DNA of 64,000 bases, taken from an uncultured Candidatus Saccharibacteria bacterium. GTDB lineage: Bacteria > Patescibacteriota > Minisyncoccia > Portnoybacterales > UBA2143. The notes below the pieces were generated by a model. It was not told the DNA's origin, ran no database searches, and was given only the letters and a program-made list of their open reading frames with translations. This document shows, piece by piece, positions 25,995 through 34,433 of the stretch (the stretch's first letter is position 1; every line of letters begins with the position of its first letter). A program made the position numbers and the translations under genes. The DNA is taken from NCBI GenBank assembly GCA_964594965.1, contig CAZQMX010000002.1, positions 44,306 through 108,305 of the forward strand. The letters are read 5' to 3'.

Positions 25995-27872
25995 TTATTC
26001 AATAACCTGGCCGTTACCAACGGTTGGATCATCGGGTAAATTAGTGTCAATTGACCTTGTTGTTTGGGTTAATTCTGCCCCGGTAAAAGTATCCTGACCA
26101 GCTATTTTCGACTGGCCAATCAGTTCCATGGCATCGCCGATATTAGCCGTTCCAGGTGTAATTGAAACCTGAAAAGCAATTTGTTTAACCGGCGATAAAA
26201 CACCGATTCCGGCCGGCAAACTGCCAATATCCCAGGCAATTTGACCGGTTGAGGGACTATAGCTCAAATTAGCATTAGAAGGACTAGTCCGGCCCTCCCA
26301 TTTGACATGAGGTGGCAGATAGGCCTCAACCCGCACACCAGACAAATCATTGTACTTATTAACCACTCTCCATTTAACCGTATAAGTTGTCTTTTGACCA
26401 ACCTTGGGCGGAATCGGTCCACTATTAGAAATTGAATCATCATTGTAAAACACCTGGGTCTGAAAAGTCAAATCACTTGATATTTTAGTGACTGATTTAC
26501 TCTCGCCGGAAATATCAATTCTTTCCAGAGAAAGCGGAACTTTATCTGAATCTATTTCAACAGTATTGGTTACAGCAAAATTCTTATCAGCATAACTATT
26601 AATTGGTAGGGATTTTTTAATATCGATTGAAAATTCAACTTCTCCTTCCTGATGTGGACCAAGATATTCTAAATCTGGCAGGTTGGAAGCGTTCCAGGCA
26701 ATTATCTGATTAACGCCGTCGTACGAGCCATTTCTTGGCTCTAAACTGGCCAAATCCAATGCCTGGCCTTCCAGTTTAGAAGTAATGACAACATCTTCAA
26801 TACCAATATCGGTTGTGTTTTTGTATTTAATCCGGTAATTCAATCTTTGACCGGATTGGGCAATGTATTCAGATGATTGATTAACTTCCTGACTGACTGA
26901 CAGGGGAGAAACAGAAATCTGGGTGGCATCAGCAGTCTGGGCATAAGGAATAAATTGGTCATCTTCAGAAATACCCAGGTTTGCCCGGAACAATTTGTTT
27001 TCTCCTTCTGTTCCGGATAACGTTCCTTTAATAAATATCTTGTTTTGTTCTCCGGCCATTAACTGATTTATTTGCCAAAGGTCATCTTCCCTTAAAGGGC
27101 TTGGCTGGGATGATTCAAAGATAAAGCCAGTTGGATATTCCATTTCAATCTCTAAATCATCGAAAGAAACATCAGATTGATTAGAATAGATCAAGGAAAA
27201 ACTAAACGACTGACCGTCAACTAATCTTTCCGGCAGGTCAAAGTTAAGAATAAAGGGAACAGAAATTATTTCAGTTTCAAATTTAGCCTTGTTGGAAAAA
27301 CGGGAACTAAGATCACCGGGAGTGTAGAAGAGTTCGGCCCAAGCCTCTTTTTTTTCTTCTTTTAACCCAATAATTCTGGCTGGTAATTCAATTTCTTCCT
27401 CCTGGCCAACTGCCAGGCTCTCCAATTCAAGCGTTTTAATCAATCCTTCGTTGTCTGAAGGAATTGAATCTTCTGGAAAGCGAAAGATTAACTGTAGATT
27501 ATTCAAAGGCAGTTTGGTCTCATTTTTGTACCTAACAATATATTTAACTTCATCACCGCTAATAATTCTTTCTGCTCCTTCAATTTCAAATTTAACATCG
27601 TCTGTATCAAAAGAAGTCATTCCCCGCCAAAAGAAAAAGCCGGCTACAATTAAAAAAATAGCCAGCGCCCAAATACCAAAAACTTTTAAAAGTTTCTTTT
27701 GCTTTGGCGATAATTCCTTTTTTTCTGTTTTTTGCCATTTTCCGGTTTCAATCTTTTTTCTTTTCTCTTCTGGCTGAAATTCTTCTGGTCCCTCCAATCT
27801 TTCTTCAAATTCAACTTCACTTCCCGGCTTATATATTTTCTTTTTAAGTTTTTCTAAATCGTTGTCAGGCAT
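25995..27872 (-). CDS. Membrane-anchored beta-sandwich (DUF11-like) surface protein
   Basis: One N-terminal TM; repeated Y.I.YKN beta-strand modules. Confidence 0.7.
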   Translation of the reverse strand: MPDNDLEKLKKKIYKPGSEVEFEERLEGPEEFQPEEKRKKIETGKWQKTEKKELSPKQKKLLKVFGIWALAIFLIVAGFFFWRGMTSFDTDDVKFEIEGAERIISGDEVKYIVRYKNETKLPLNNLQLIFRFPEDSIPSDNEGLIKTLELESLAVGQEEEIELPARIIGLKEEKKEAWAELFYTPGDLSSRFSNKAKFETEIISVPFILNFDLPERLVDGQSFSFSLIYSNQSDVSFDDLEIEMEYPTGFIFESSQPSPLREDDLWQINQLMAGEQNKIFIKGTLSGTEGENKLFRANLGISEDDQFIPYAQTADATQISVSPLSVSQEVNQSSEYIAQSGQRLNYRIKYKNTTDIGIEDVVITSKLEGQALDLASLEPRNGSYDGVNQIIAWNASNLPDLEYLGPHQEGEVEFSIDIKKSLPINSYADKNFAVTNTVEIDSDKVPLSLERIDISGESKSVTKISSDLTFQTQVFYNDDSISNSGPIPPKVGQKTTYTVKWRVVNKYNDLSGVRVEAYLPPHVKWEGRTSPSNANLSYSPSTGQIAWDIGSLPAGIGVLSPVKQIAFQVSITPGTANIGDAMELIGQSKIAGQDTFTGAELTQTTRSIDTNLPDDPTVGNGQVIE

Positions 27873-27877
27873 TGTTC

Positions 27878-28441
27878 TTATTTTAAAACATTTACCAAGA
27901 ATGAACAACTTTTTATTTCCTCATTAATTAAAGACTGAACAAAATTGAGCGGATTTTTTTGTTGCCCATATCCCAAAAATTCCAATAACCTATTTTCATA
28001 ATTATTAACAACCCCTTTTATATCCTTTTTCTGATTAAGACTCTCAAAACTCCCTAAAAGCAATTGCCAAATATTTTCGTCTTTTTCCGGTCCGGCAATT
28101 AATTTATCAATGATTTCTGCTAAATAGTATCCTCCGGCTAAAGATGATAAATCTTTCCGAAGGGAAGAAAAATTCTCAAGCGTTTCAGCGCCGGTAATAA
28201 TATCAAAGCCTCTGCCCGGCCCGCCTGCAACGCTTGATGCGTAGCGTCTGCGGGCAGGAGCAATCACCAAATGACTCAATAAAAAAAGTTCCAGGTGTCC
28301 TTTTAATTTGGCCTGGTTTTTTCTGACTGACTTGGCTTTGACTAGGATTTTACCGTAATCTTTGGTGTAAATGGTCAAAAGCCGGTCTAGGTCATTAAGA
28401 TTTTGTTTTTTAATAATAATGCCTTCAGTTTTGTAGAGCAT
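27878..28441 (-). CDS. recO: DNA repair protein RecO with palindromic insert
   Basis: TEGIIIK, DRLLTIYTKDYGKI and KLKGHLE motifs. Confidence 0.9.
   Translation of the reverse strand: MLYKTEGIIIKKQNLNDLDRLLTIYTKDYGKILVKAKSVRKNQAKLKGHLELFLLSHLVIAPARRRYASSVAGGPGRGFDIITGAETLENFSSLRKDLSSLAGGYYLAEIIDKLIAGPEKDENIWQLLLGSFESLNQKKDIKGVVNNYENRLLEFLGYGQQKNPLNFVQSLINEEIKSCSFLVNVLK
28220..28258 (-). mobile_element. In-frame 39 bp palindromic insert (PARRRYASSVAGG)
   Basis: CCTGCCCGC...GCAGGCGGG ends; same family as the ileS and argS inserts. Confidence 0.85.
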
Positions 28442-28471
28442 ATTGTTTGTCACTCTGAATATTAACATTCA

Positions 28472-28534
28472 TTGTCATTCTGAACGCAGTGAAGAATCTG
28501 TTCGTATAGATCCTTCGACTTCGCTCAGGATAAC
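28472..28534. repeat. REP-like palindrome, copy 2
   Basis: TTGTCATTCTGAACGCAGTGAAGAATCTG...AGATCCTTCGACTTCGCTCAGGATAAC, similar to 7656-7722. Confidence 0.8.
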
Positions 28535-28568
28535 TATTTATAACTAAATCAAAGATTTAGATAAATAG

Positions 28569-31517
28569 TTACTTCTTAATTCCGAGCCAGAGATTATGGC
28601 CGTTTAATTTGATCTCCTTTTCAACCAAAAAGACTTCCCCGATGTTTTTAGAGTCGGGATCCCGACCTTGTGTCGGGACTTTCTTTTTTGGCCCGCCCGC
28701 ATTGCCTTGCGAAGCATGGCGGGCGGGTCCGGCTTCAATTTTTCTGGCTGAAACTTCTTTTTTAATTTCTTCGAGGTTGTTTTTAATTAAATCGCTTAGT
28801 TTTGATTCACCGGCTGAATAGCGGAAATATGCTGGTTGGCCTGGTTTTAATCCGGCGTCTTTTCTCATTCCCTGGATAAAACGGATTAAATCCCGAATCA
28901 TTCCTTCTGATTCTAATTCTGAAGTAATTTTTGTATCTAATTTAATACTTTTGCCAAAATCAACTTCTTTAACATTAACTTCTTCTTTGATTAATTGGGT
29001 TAATTCTTTATCCTGGACAATCTGTTTTTTGGTAATTATTAATTTCTTCAGAGGTTGTCTGACTTTAATTCCTTTTTCTGCTCTTTTAGCCAGAGCCAAA
29101 GCAACAATTTCTCTGACATCATTCATTTTCTTTTCCAGCTTTTCATCAATTAAAGATTTGTCCGGCTTGGGATAACCGCAGAGATGAACGCTTTCTTTGT
29201 CTTTTCCGGTCCGAAGCTGAAGATAAATTTCTTCGGAAATGAAAGGGGTGAAAGGAGCGATTAATTTGGATAAATTAAGTAAGGTTGAATAGAAAATCTG
29301 TGAGGCTTCTTCTTTTTGTTTTCTATTCTCCGGTTTCTGAAACCTCGATCTTGACCGTCTGATATACCAGTTAGACAAATCTTCAACAAATTCCTCAATT
29401 AAACGAGCAGCCGAGACAACATCATATTTCTCTAAATTATCAATGACCAAAGTGTTTAATTGATTAAATTGAGAAACAATCCATTTATCCAGAATGAATC
29501 TTGGCTTTGTTTTCTTTGGTTTAAAGTTTTTGTCTTTGTAAGTATTGAAAAAGACAGCCGAGTTATGAAGCGTTCCAAAAACTCTTCTGTTTTTGTCGGC
29601 AACATCCTTAACATCAAATCTCTTTGGCTCTCCAGCGGAATTGATGGTGTATAAGTACCAACGGAGAGTGTCGGCTCCGAATTGTTCGCACATTTTCCAG
29701 GGATCAACAATATTGCCCTTTGACTTTGACATTTTCTTGCCTTTCTTATCCAAGACATGGCCAAGAGAAATGACATTTTTAAAACAAGCCCCATTCTTAA
29801 TTTCTCCGGCTTCCTCCATTAAAGTCGCGATGGCAAGGAGAGAATAGAACCAGCCTCTGGTCTGATCAACGGCCTCGCAGATATAGTCGGCGGGGTAGTG
29901 GTCTTTTAATTCCTTCTGGCTGTTTTTCTGATGAGGATAGCCCCATTGAGCAAATGGCATTGCTCCTGAATCAAACCAGACATCAATAACTGACTTTTCC
30001 CGAATCATTTGGCCGCCGCACTGGCATTTGAATTTAACCTGGTCGATATGTGGCCGGTGAAGATCTTTAATTTCTTTTCCCAGTTCCTTTATACTGCCAA
30101 TTGCCTTTTCCTTATCGCATTTCTGGCATTTCCAGATTGGCAAAGGGGTCCCCCAGTATCTTTCCCTTGAAAGAGCCCAATCCTTGGCTTCTTTAATAAA
30201 TTCGCCAAACCGGCCATATTTGGTGTGATTCGGCTCCCAATTAATCTTTTCGTTGTTATCTGTCAGCTTTTTTCGAAGAGATGACATTTTAATAAACCAG
30301 GAATCTTCGGCGTAATAGAGAAGAGGGGTGTCGCATCGCCAACAAAAAGGATAATCATGCTCGTATTCTTCTTCCTTGAATAAGAGGTTTTTCTCTTTTA
30401 AGTAATTAATAATTTTCTTTTCGGTTTCTTTATCTTTAACATATTGATTAGCTAAACCATATGGAGCCAAATCATTGGTAAAATATCCTTTTTGATCAAC
30501 AGTATGGATTTCAGGCAAGCCGATTTCTTTACCCAGATTATAGTCATCTTCGCCATACATGACAGCAGTATGAACAATGCCGGTTCCTTCTTCGGTTGTA
30601 ACAAAATCAGCTAAAACAAGGTAATGGGATTTCTTTTTACTTTTTTTAACTGATTCAATTTCAAAGAGAGGCTGGTATTCAAGACCAACCATATCCTTTC
30701 CTTTGAGCTCTTTTTCTACTTTATAGTCGCCTTCAATAATTTCTAATCTCTCCTTGGCTAAGATATATTTCTTGCCCTGGTATCCTATCTTAACGTAATC
30801 AATATTCTTTCCAATGGCTAAAGCGACATTTCCCGGCAGGGTCCAGGGAGTAGTTGTCCAGGCTAAAATATTGTCCCCCTTTTTTACTTTTTCATTTCCT
30901 TTGGTAATTTTAAAATTAAGATAAACTGAATTCTCTTTTACTTTCTCGTATCCCTGAGAAACCTCGTGGGTGGATAGAGCTGTTCCGCAGCGGGTACAAC
31001 GGGGAACAACCTTAAATCCTTTGTAAAGCAGTCCTTTTTCCCAAACTTTTTTTAAAATATGCCAAACGCTTTCAATATATGAATTTTCGTAAGTAATATA
31101 TGGATTATCCATATCTATCCAATAACCAATCCTATCTGTCATTTTTTCCCATTCGTCCTTGTATTTCCAAACACTTTTTTTACATTCCTGATTGAATTTA
31201 TCAATTCCATATTTCTCAATATCGTCTTTTCCTTTGAAATTTAATCTTTTTTCAACTTCAATTTCAACTGGCAGGCCATGCGTGTCCCAACCGGCCTTTC
31301 GATGACAAAAAAATCCGCGCATGGTTTTGTACCGCGGAATGATATCTTTAAAAGCTCTGGCTTCAACATGGTGCATGCCTGGTCGACCATTGGCTGTTGG
31401 CGGACCTTCAAAAAAAACAAAACTTTTTTTGCCTTTGTTTTTTTTCAAACTTTTTTCGAAAATTCCAGACTTTTTCCAGAATTTTAGAATTTTTAATTCA
31501 TTCTTTGAAAAGTTCAT
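28569..31517 (-). CDS. ileS: Isoleucine--tRNA ligase (type 2, eukaryote-like)
   Basis: EGPPTANG.PG.HH, GWDTHGLP, WTTTPWTL, DQTRGWF and KMSKSKGN motifs. Confidence 0.97.
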   Translation of the reverse strand: MNFSKNELKILKFWKKSGIFEKSLKKNKGKKSFVFFEGPPTANGRPGMHHVEARAFKDIIPRYKTMRGFFCHRKAGWDTHGLPVEIEVEKRLNFKGKDDIEKYGIDKFNQECKKSVWKYKDEWEKMTDRIGYWIDMDNPYITYENSYIESVWHILKKVWEKGLLYKGFKVVPRCTRCGTALSTHEVSQGYEKVKENSVYLNFKITKGNEKVKKGDNILAWTTTPWTLPGNVALAIGKNIDYVKIGYQGKKYILAKERLEIIEGDYKVEKELKGKDMVGLEYQPLFEIESVKKSKKKSHYLVLADFVTTEEGTGIVHTAVMYGEDDYNLGKEIGLPEIHTVDQKGYFTNDLAPYGLANQYVKDKETEKKIINYLKEKNLLFKEEEYEHDYPFCWRCDTPLLYYAEDSWFIKMSSLRKKLTDNNEKINWEPNHTKYGRFGEFIKEAKDWALSRERYWGTPLPIWKCQKCDKEKAIGSIKELGKEIKDLHRPHIDQVKFKCQCGGQMIREKSVIDVWFDSGAMPFAQWGYPHQKNSQKELKDHYPADYICEAVDQTRGWFYSLLAIATLMEEAGEIKNGACFKNVISLGHVLDKKGKKMSKSKGNIVDPWKMCEQFGADTLRWYLYTINSAGEPKRFDVKDVADKNRRVFGTLHNSAVFFNTYKDKNFKPKKTKPRFILDKWIVSQFNQLNTLVIDNLEKYDVVSAARLIEEFVEDLSNWYIRRSRSRFQKPENRKQKEEASQIFYSTLLNLSKLIAPFTPFISEEIYLQLRTGKDKESVHLCGYPKPDKSLIDEKLEKKMNDVREIVALALAKRAEKGIKVRQPLKKLIITKKQIVQDKELTQLIKEEVNVKEVDFGKSIKLDTKITSELESEGMIRDLIRFIQGMRKDAGLKPGQPAYFRYSAGESKLSDLIKNNLEEIKKEVSARKIEAGPARHASQGNAGGPKKKVPTQGRDPDSKNIGEVFLVEKEIKLNGHNLWLGIKK
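28638..28679 (-). mobile_element. In-frame 42 bp palindromic insert (VPTQGRDPDSKNIG)
   Basis: Same first hairpin as yqeY/tatD, different second hairpin. Confidence 0.85.
28692..28727 (-). mobile_element. In-frame 36 bp palindromic insert (PARHASQGNAGG)
   Basis: Perfect 9 bp IR CCCGCCCGC/GCGGGCGGG. Confidence 0.85.
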
Positions 31518-31578
31518 ACCATATTTATCTAAATTTTCAAGCTATCAAGCGAAGAAAATTTAGTGATTAAATTTGAGC

Positions 31579-31678
31579 ACCCCGCCCCCTATACTCTAAC
31601 TTTTGTCAGAATAAACGTAGATAGTAAAATCAATTTTATTCTTTTCTTCAATCTTTGTCAGAACATAGGGGGCGGGGT
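31579..31678. mobile_element. 100 bp MITE-like element
   Basis: Perfect 14 bp terminal IR ACCCCGCCCCCTAT/ATAGGGGGCGGGGT around an AT-rich core. Confidence 0.7.
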
Positions 31679-31737
31679 AAGGTTTTGTGACATAATTTTA
31701 ATTTATCTAAAGATAAATTAAAATTCTGACAAAGCCC

Positions 31738-33294
31738 TTACATCCTCTCTGGAGCGTTAATTCCCATTAAACTTAAACTGTTTTTTAAGACAATCTGAAC
31801 GGCCTTGACTAAAGCCAGGCGGGATTGGCTTTTTTCCTTATCTTTATCAATGACCCGACATTTTTCATAAAACTTATGAAAAGAATTGGCTAATTCAAGG
31901 GAGTAATAGGGGAGTCGCTGAGCTTGATAATCCCCTGCAATATCTTGAACAATTTCAGGGAATTTGATTAGCTGACGAATTAAATCCAATTCTTCTGGTT
32001 TTTTTAAACTAGCTTCTTTATCCGGTTTTAATCCTTCCTTTTCCGCTTTCCTTAAAATACTGGATATTCTGGCATGAGCGTACTGGACATAGAAGACCGG
32101 ATTTTTGTTTGACTGTTCCTTGGCTAAATTAATATCAAAATTCAAATGAGTGTCGTTTGATTTTTGAAGGAAAAAAAATCTGACTGCATCGGGACCAACC
32201 TGGTCTAAAATCTCATCCATTGTCACATAAACCCCGGCTCTTTTAGACATTCTTTTCTTTTCGCCTTTTTCAAGAATTGTGACGAACTGAAGAAGAATAA
32301 TTTCTAATTTGTCCTTATAACCCAAAGCTTCAACCCCGGCCATTAATCCTAAAACATCGCCATGATGGTCTGCTCCCCAAATATTAATAACTTTGTCAAA
32401 TTTCTTATCTTCAAATTTGTATTGATGAAGGGCGATATCCCCCGCCAGGTAGGTCTTTTCGCCGTCGCTTTTGACGACTACCCTATCCCTTTCATCCCCG
32501 AATTTTGAGGATTGAAACCATTGGGCTTTGTCTTTGTCGTCAATTAAACCTTTTTTCTCTAATTTTTTCAAGACCTGATCAACTTTTCCTGAACTATACA
32601 AATCTGATTCAAAAATCCATTCATCATATTTTATTCCAAGTTTGTCTGTTGTTTTTTGGATGTGGTCTTTAATAATATACTTGGCAGCCATTTGTCCGGC
32701 TTTGTATGGGTCTTTCTCTTTTATCTTTTCCGCTAATTGGTCGATATATTCTCCCTTGTATTTAGCTTCTTTATCTTTTAGAACCGAATGGCCTAGGGTT
32801 AGAATCTGCATTCCAGCATCATTGACATAAAAAGCTTTTTCAACTTGATAACCGGCTTTATTTAAAACATTAGCCAAGACATCGCCATAAGGCCCACCCC
32901 GGGCATTACCAACTGTTAAGGGTCCGGTTGGATTGGCAGAAATAAATTCAACCTGAATTTTCTTTTTCTTTCCAATATCTAATTCGCCGTAGTCATTTTC
33001 TTTTTTAAGAATTTCGTTTAATTCATCTAAGAGTGCTTGTCTAGACAAAAAAAAGTTAATAAAAGCAGGCCTGCCCGCATCGCTACGCGAAGCGTTGCGG
33101 GCGGGGCCCGCCATCTCAACTTTGGCAAACAAAGGATTGTCTTTTAGTTTGGAAATAATCTCGTCTGGATTGATTTTCTCCTTTAAGGCGATATTGGTTG
33201 AGAAATCGCCAAATTGAGCATTGGTTGGGTGCTCTAATTCGGCCTCTTTTTTAACAACTTCTTTAATTAATTTCTCAATTTCCTCTCTTAGCAT
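31738..33294 (-). CDS. argS: Arginine--tRNA ligase
   Basis: EFISANPTGPL, WGADHHG, MSKRAG and YVQYAHARI.S motifs. Confidence 0.97.
   Translation of the reverse strand: MLREEIEKLIKEVVKKEAELEHPTNAQFGDFSTNIALKEKINPDEIISKLKDNPLFAKVEMAGPARNASRSDAGRPAFINFFLSRQALLDELNEILKKENDYGELDIGKKKKIQVEFISANPTGPLTVGNARGGPYGDVLANVLNKAGYQVEKAFYVNDAGMQILTLGHSVLKDKEAKYKGEYIDQLAEKIKEKDPYKAGQMAAKYIIKDHIQKTTDKLGIKYDEWIFESDLYSSGKVDQVLKKLEKKGLIDDKDKAQWFQSSKFGDERDRVVVKSDGEKTYLAGDIALHQYKFEDKKFDKVINIWGADHHGDVLGLMAGVEALGYKDKLEIILLQFVTILEKGEKKRMSKRAGVYVTMDEILDQVGPDAVRFFFLQKSNDTHLNFDINLAKEQSNKNPVFYVQYAHARISSILRKAEKEGLKPDKEASLKKPEELDLIRQLIKFPEIVQDIAGDYQAQRLPYYSLELANSFHKFYEKCRVIDKDKEKSQSRLALVKAVQIVLKNSLSLMGINAPERM
33070..33105 (-). 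mobile_element. In-frame 36 bp palindromic insert (PARNASRSDAGR)
   Basis: Splits the conserved AGP(G)FINF motif of ArgRS. Confidence 0.88.
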
Positions 33295-33431
33295 ACCCTG
33301 TAGTGAAATTTCGATTTTAACAATCGAAATCCGTTAATAATTGTCATTTATTCTGATACTGCGACTTTTATCTGTATGCCCCGTTTTTATTAATCCGCCT
33401 TCAGCGGATTTATCGAAATTCTACTACGGGG
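33295..33431 (-). mobile_element. Start-codon-associated MITE, copy 1 (argS)
   Basis: ATG-CCCCGTAGTAGAATTTCGAT...ATCGAAATTTCACTACAGGGT-ATG. Confidence 0.85.
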
Positions 33432-33483
33432 CATAATATTTTAATCATACTTGATTTTCCCCTACTCGACAAGCATTAGACTA

Positions 33484-33512
33484 TTGACAGAATACACTCT
33501 AAATGTTATAAT
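33484..33512 (+). promoter_or_regulatory. Consensus sigma70 promoter
   Basis: TTGACA-N17-TATAAT. Confidence 0.8.
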
Positions 33513-33563
33513 TATGCCAAGTTTGTTCTCGAAAATTAACCCAAAACCCTAAAGGAGGATCAA

Positions 33564-34199
33564 ATGAGAAAAAGTTTATTTTTGGCAATTACGGCCGTTT
33601 TGGTGGTTTTTTTGTTTCAGGCTCTTGCTGCGGGCGCGACGGAAAAGCGAGCCCTATCGATCAAAGCGGAGGCACGAGTACAGGAAGTGATGAAAGAGAC
33701 CGGCTTTAGTCGGGAAAAAATTCTTAATCTGGTTAACCTCTTCGCCGCAGCAGAAAAAGTTCAAAAATCAGCAAGCAACGAGTCGGACCCGAAAAAGAAA
33801 GAAATTCTGATCCTGGAAGCGGAATATTATGAATCCTTGGCAAAATCATATATGTTCATGGATATCCTTGAGAAAAAAACAAAGGAGCTTATCAAAGAAC
33901 TAGAAAAAGCCAAGGTAACCGACACAGACAATAGAATTTCGAAAAAACTGGCAACTAAGATAAACCTGCTCGGAGCAATGGGAACAAAAGCAGTTTTAGT
34001 TACTACAGATACCGCTGCCAGGTTACTTGAGTTAAAAATCAAAATTTGGCTCGCAAGCGACAGCAGAATGGTGGAAAAAGCCAAAGAGCTCGAGGAAGCA
34101 TATTCCGGTATAGAAACAGCCCTCGACCTTTTTTACAAAGCAATCAAGCCATTCGGTGACCTCGTCCTGTTTGAGGTAATGGAAAATTTCGAGTACTAA
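33564..34199 (+). CDS. Secreted alpha-helical hypothetical protein
   Basis: AGGAGG SD, signal peptide, own promoter and downstream terminator. Confidence 0.75.
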   Translation: MRKSLFLAITAVLVVFLFQALAAGATEKRALSIKAEARVQEVMKETGFSREKILNLVNLFAAAEKVQKSASNESDPKKKEILILEAEYYESLAKSYMFMDILEKKTKELIKELEKAKVTDTDNRISKKLATKINLLGAMGTKAVLVTTDTAARLLELKIKIWLASDSRMVEKAKELEEAYSGIETALDLFYKAIKPFGDLVLFEVMENFEY

Positions 34200-34223
34200 A
34201 ACCCAAACTAGCCGCTTCCGGCT

Positions 34224-34262
34224 ACAGCCGCATCCAATCAACAGCAGGATGCGGCTGTTTCA
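34224..34262 (+). terminator. Intrinsic terminator
   Basis: ACAGCCGCATCC...GGATGCGGCTGT followed by T-rich tract. Confidence 0.7.
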
Positions 34263-34295
34263 TTTTCATAATCCATATAATACAATAAAAGTATG

Positions 34296-34433
34296 CCCGG
34301 TAGTAGAACTTTGATAGGTCCCGCAGTGCTGCGGGACAAGAATACTGGGCATAGAAATAAGTATTAATTTATAGGTAATAATGTAGGAGTTTTGATTAAA
34401 TTACTAAATTAGAATCAAAGTTTCACTACCGGG
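34296..34433 (+). mobile_element. Start-codon-associated MITE, copy 2 (smpB)
   Basis: ATG-CCCGGTAGTAGAACTTTGAT...ATCAAAGTTTCACTACCGGG-ATG. Confidence 0.88.

Noticed and set aside
24611-31517. Eukaryote-type GlyRS and IleRS as unusual
   Set aside because: Both types are widespread in bacteria, including CPR.
1909-33105. In-frame inserts as inteins or self-splicing introns
   Set aside because: Far too short; no Cys/Ser...His-Asn intein ends and no group I/II core.
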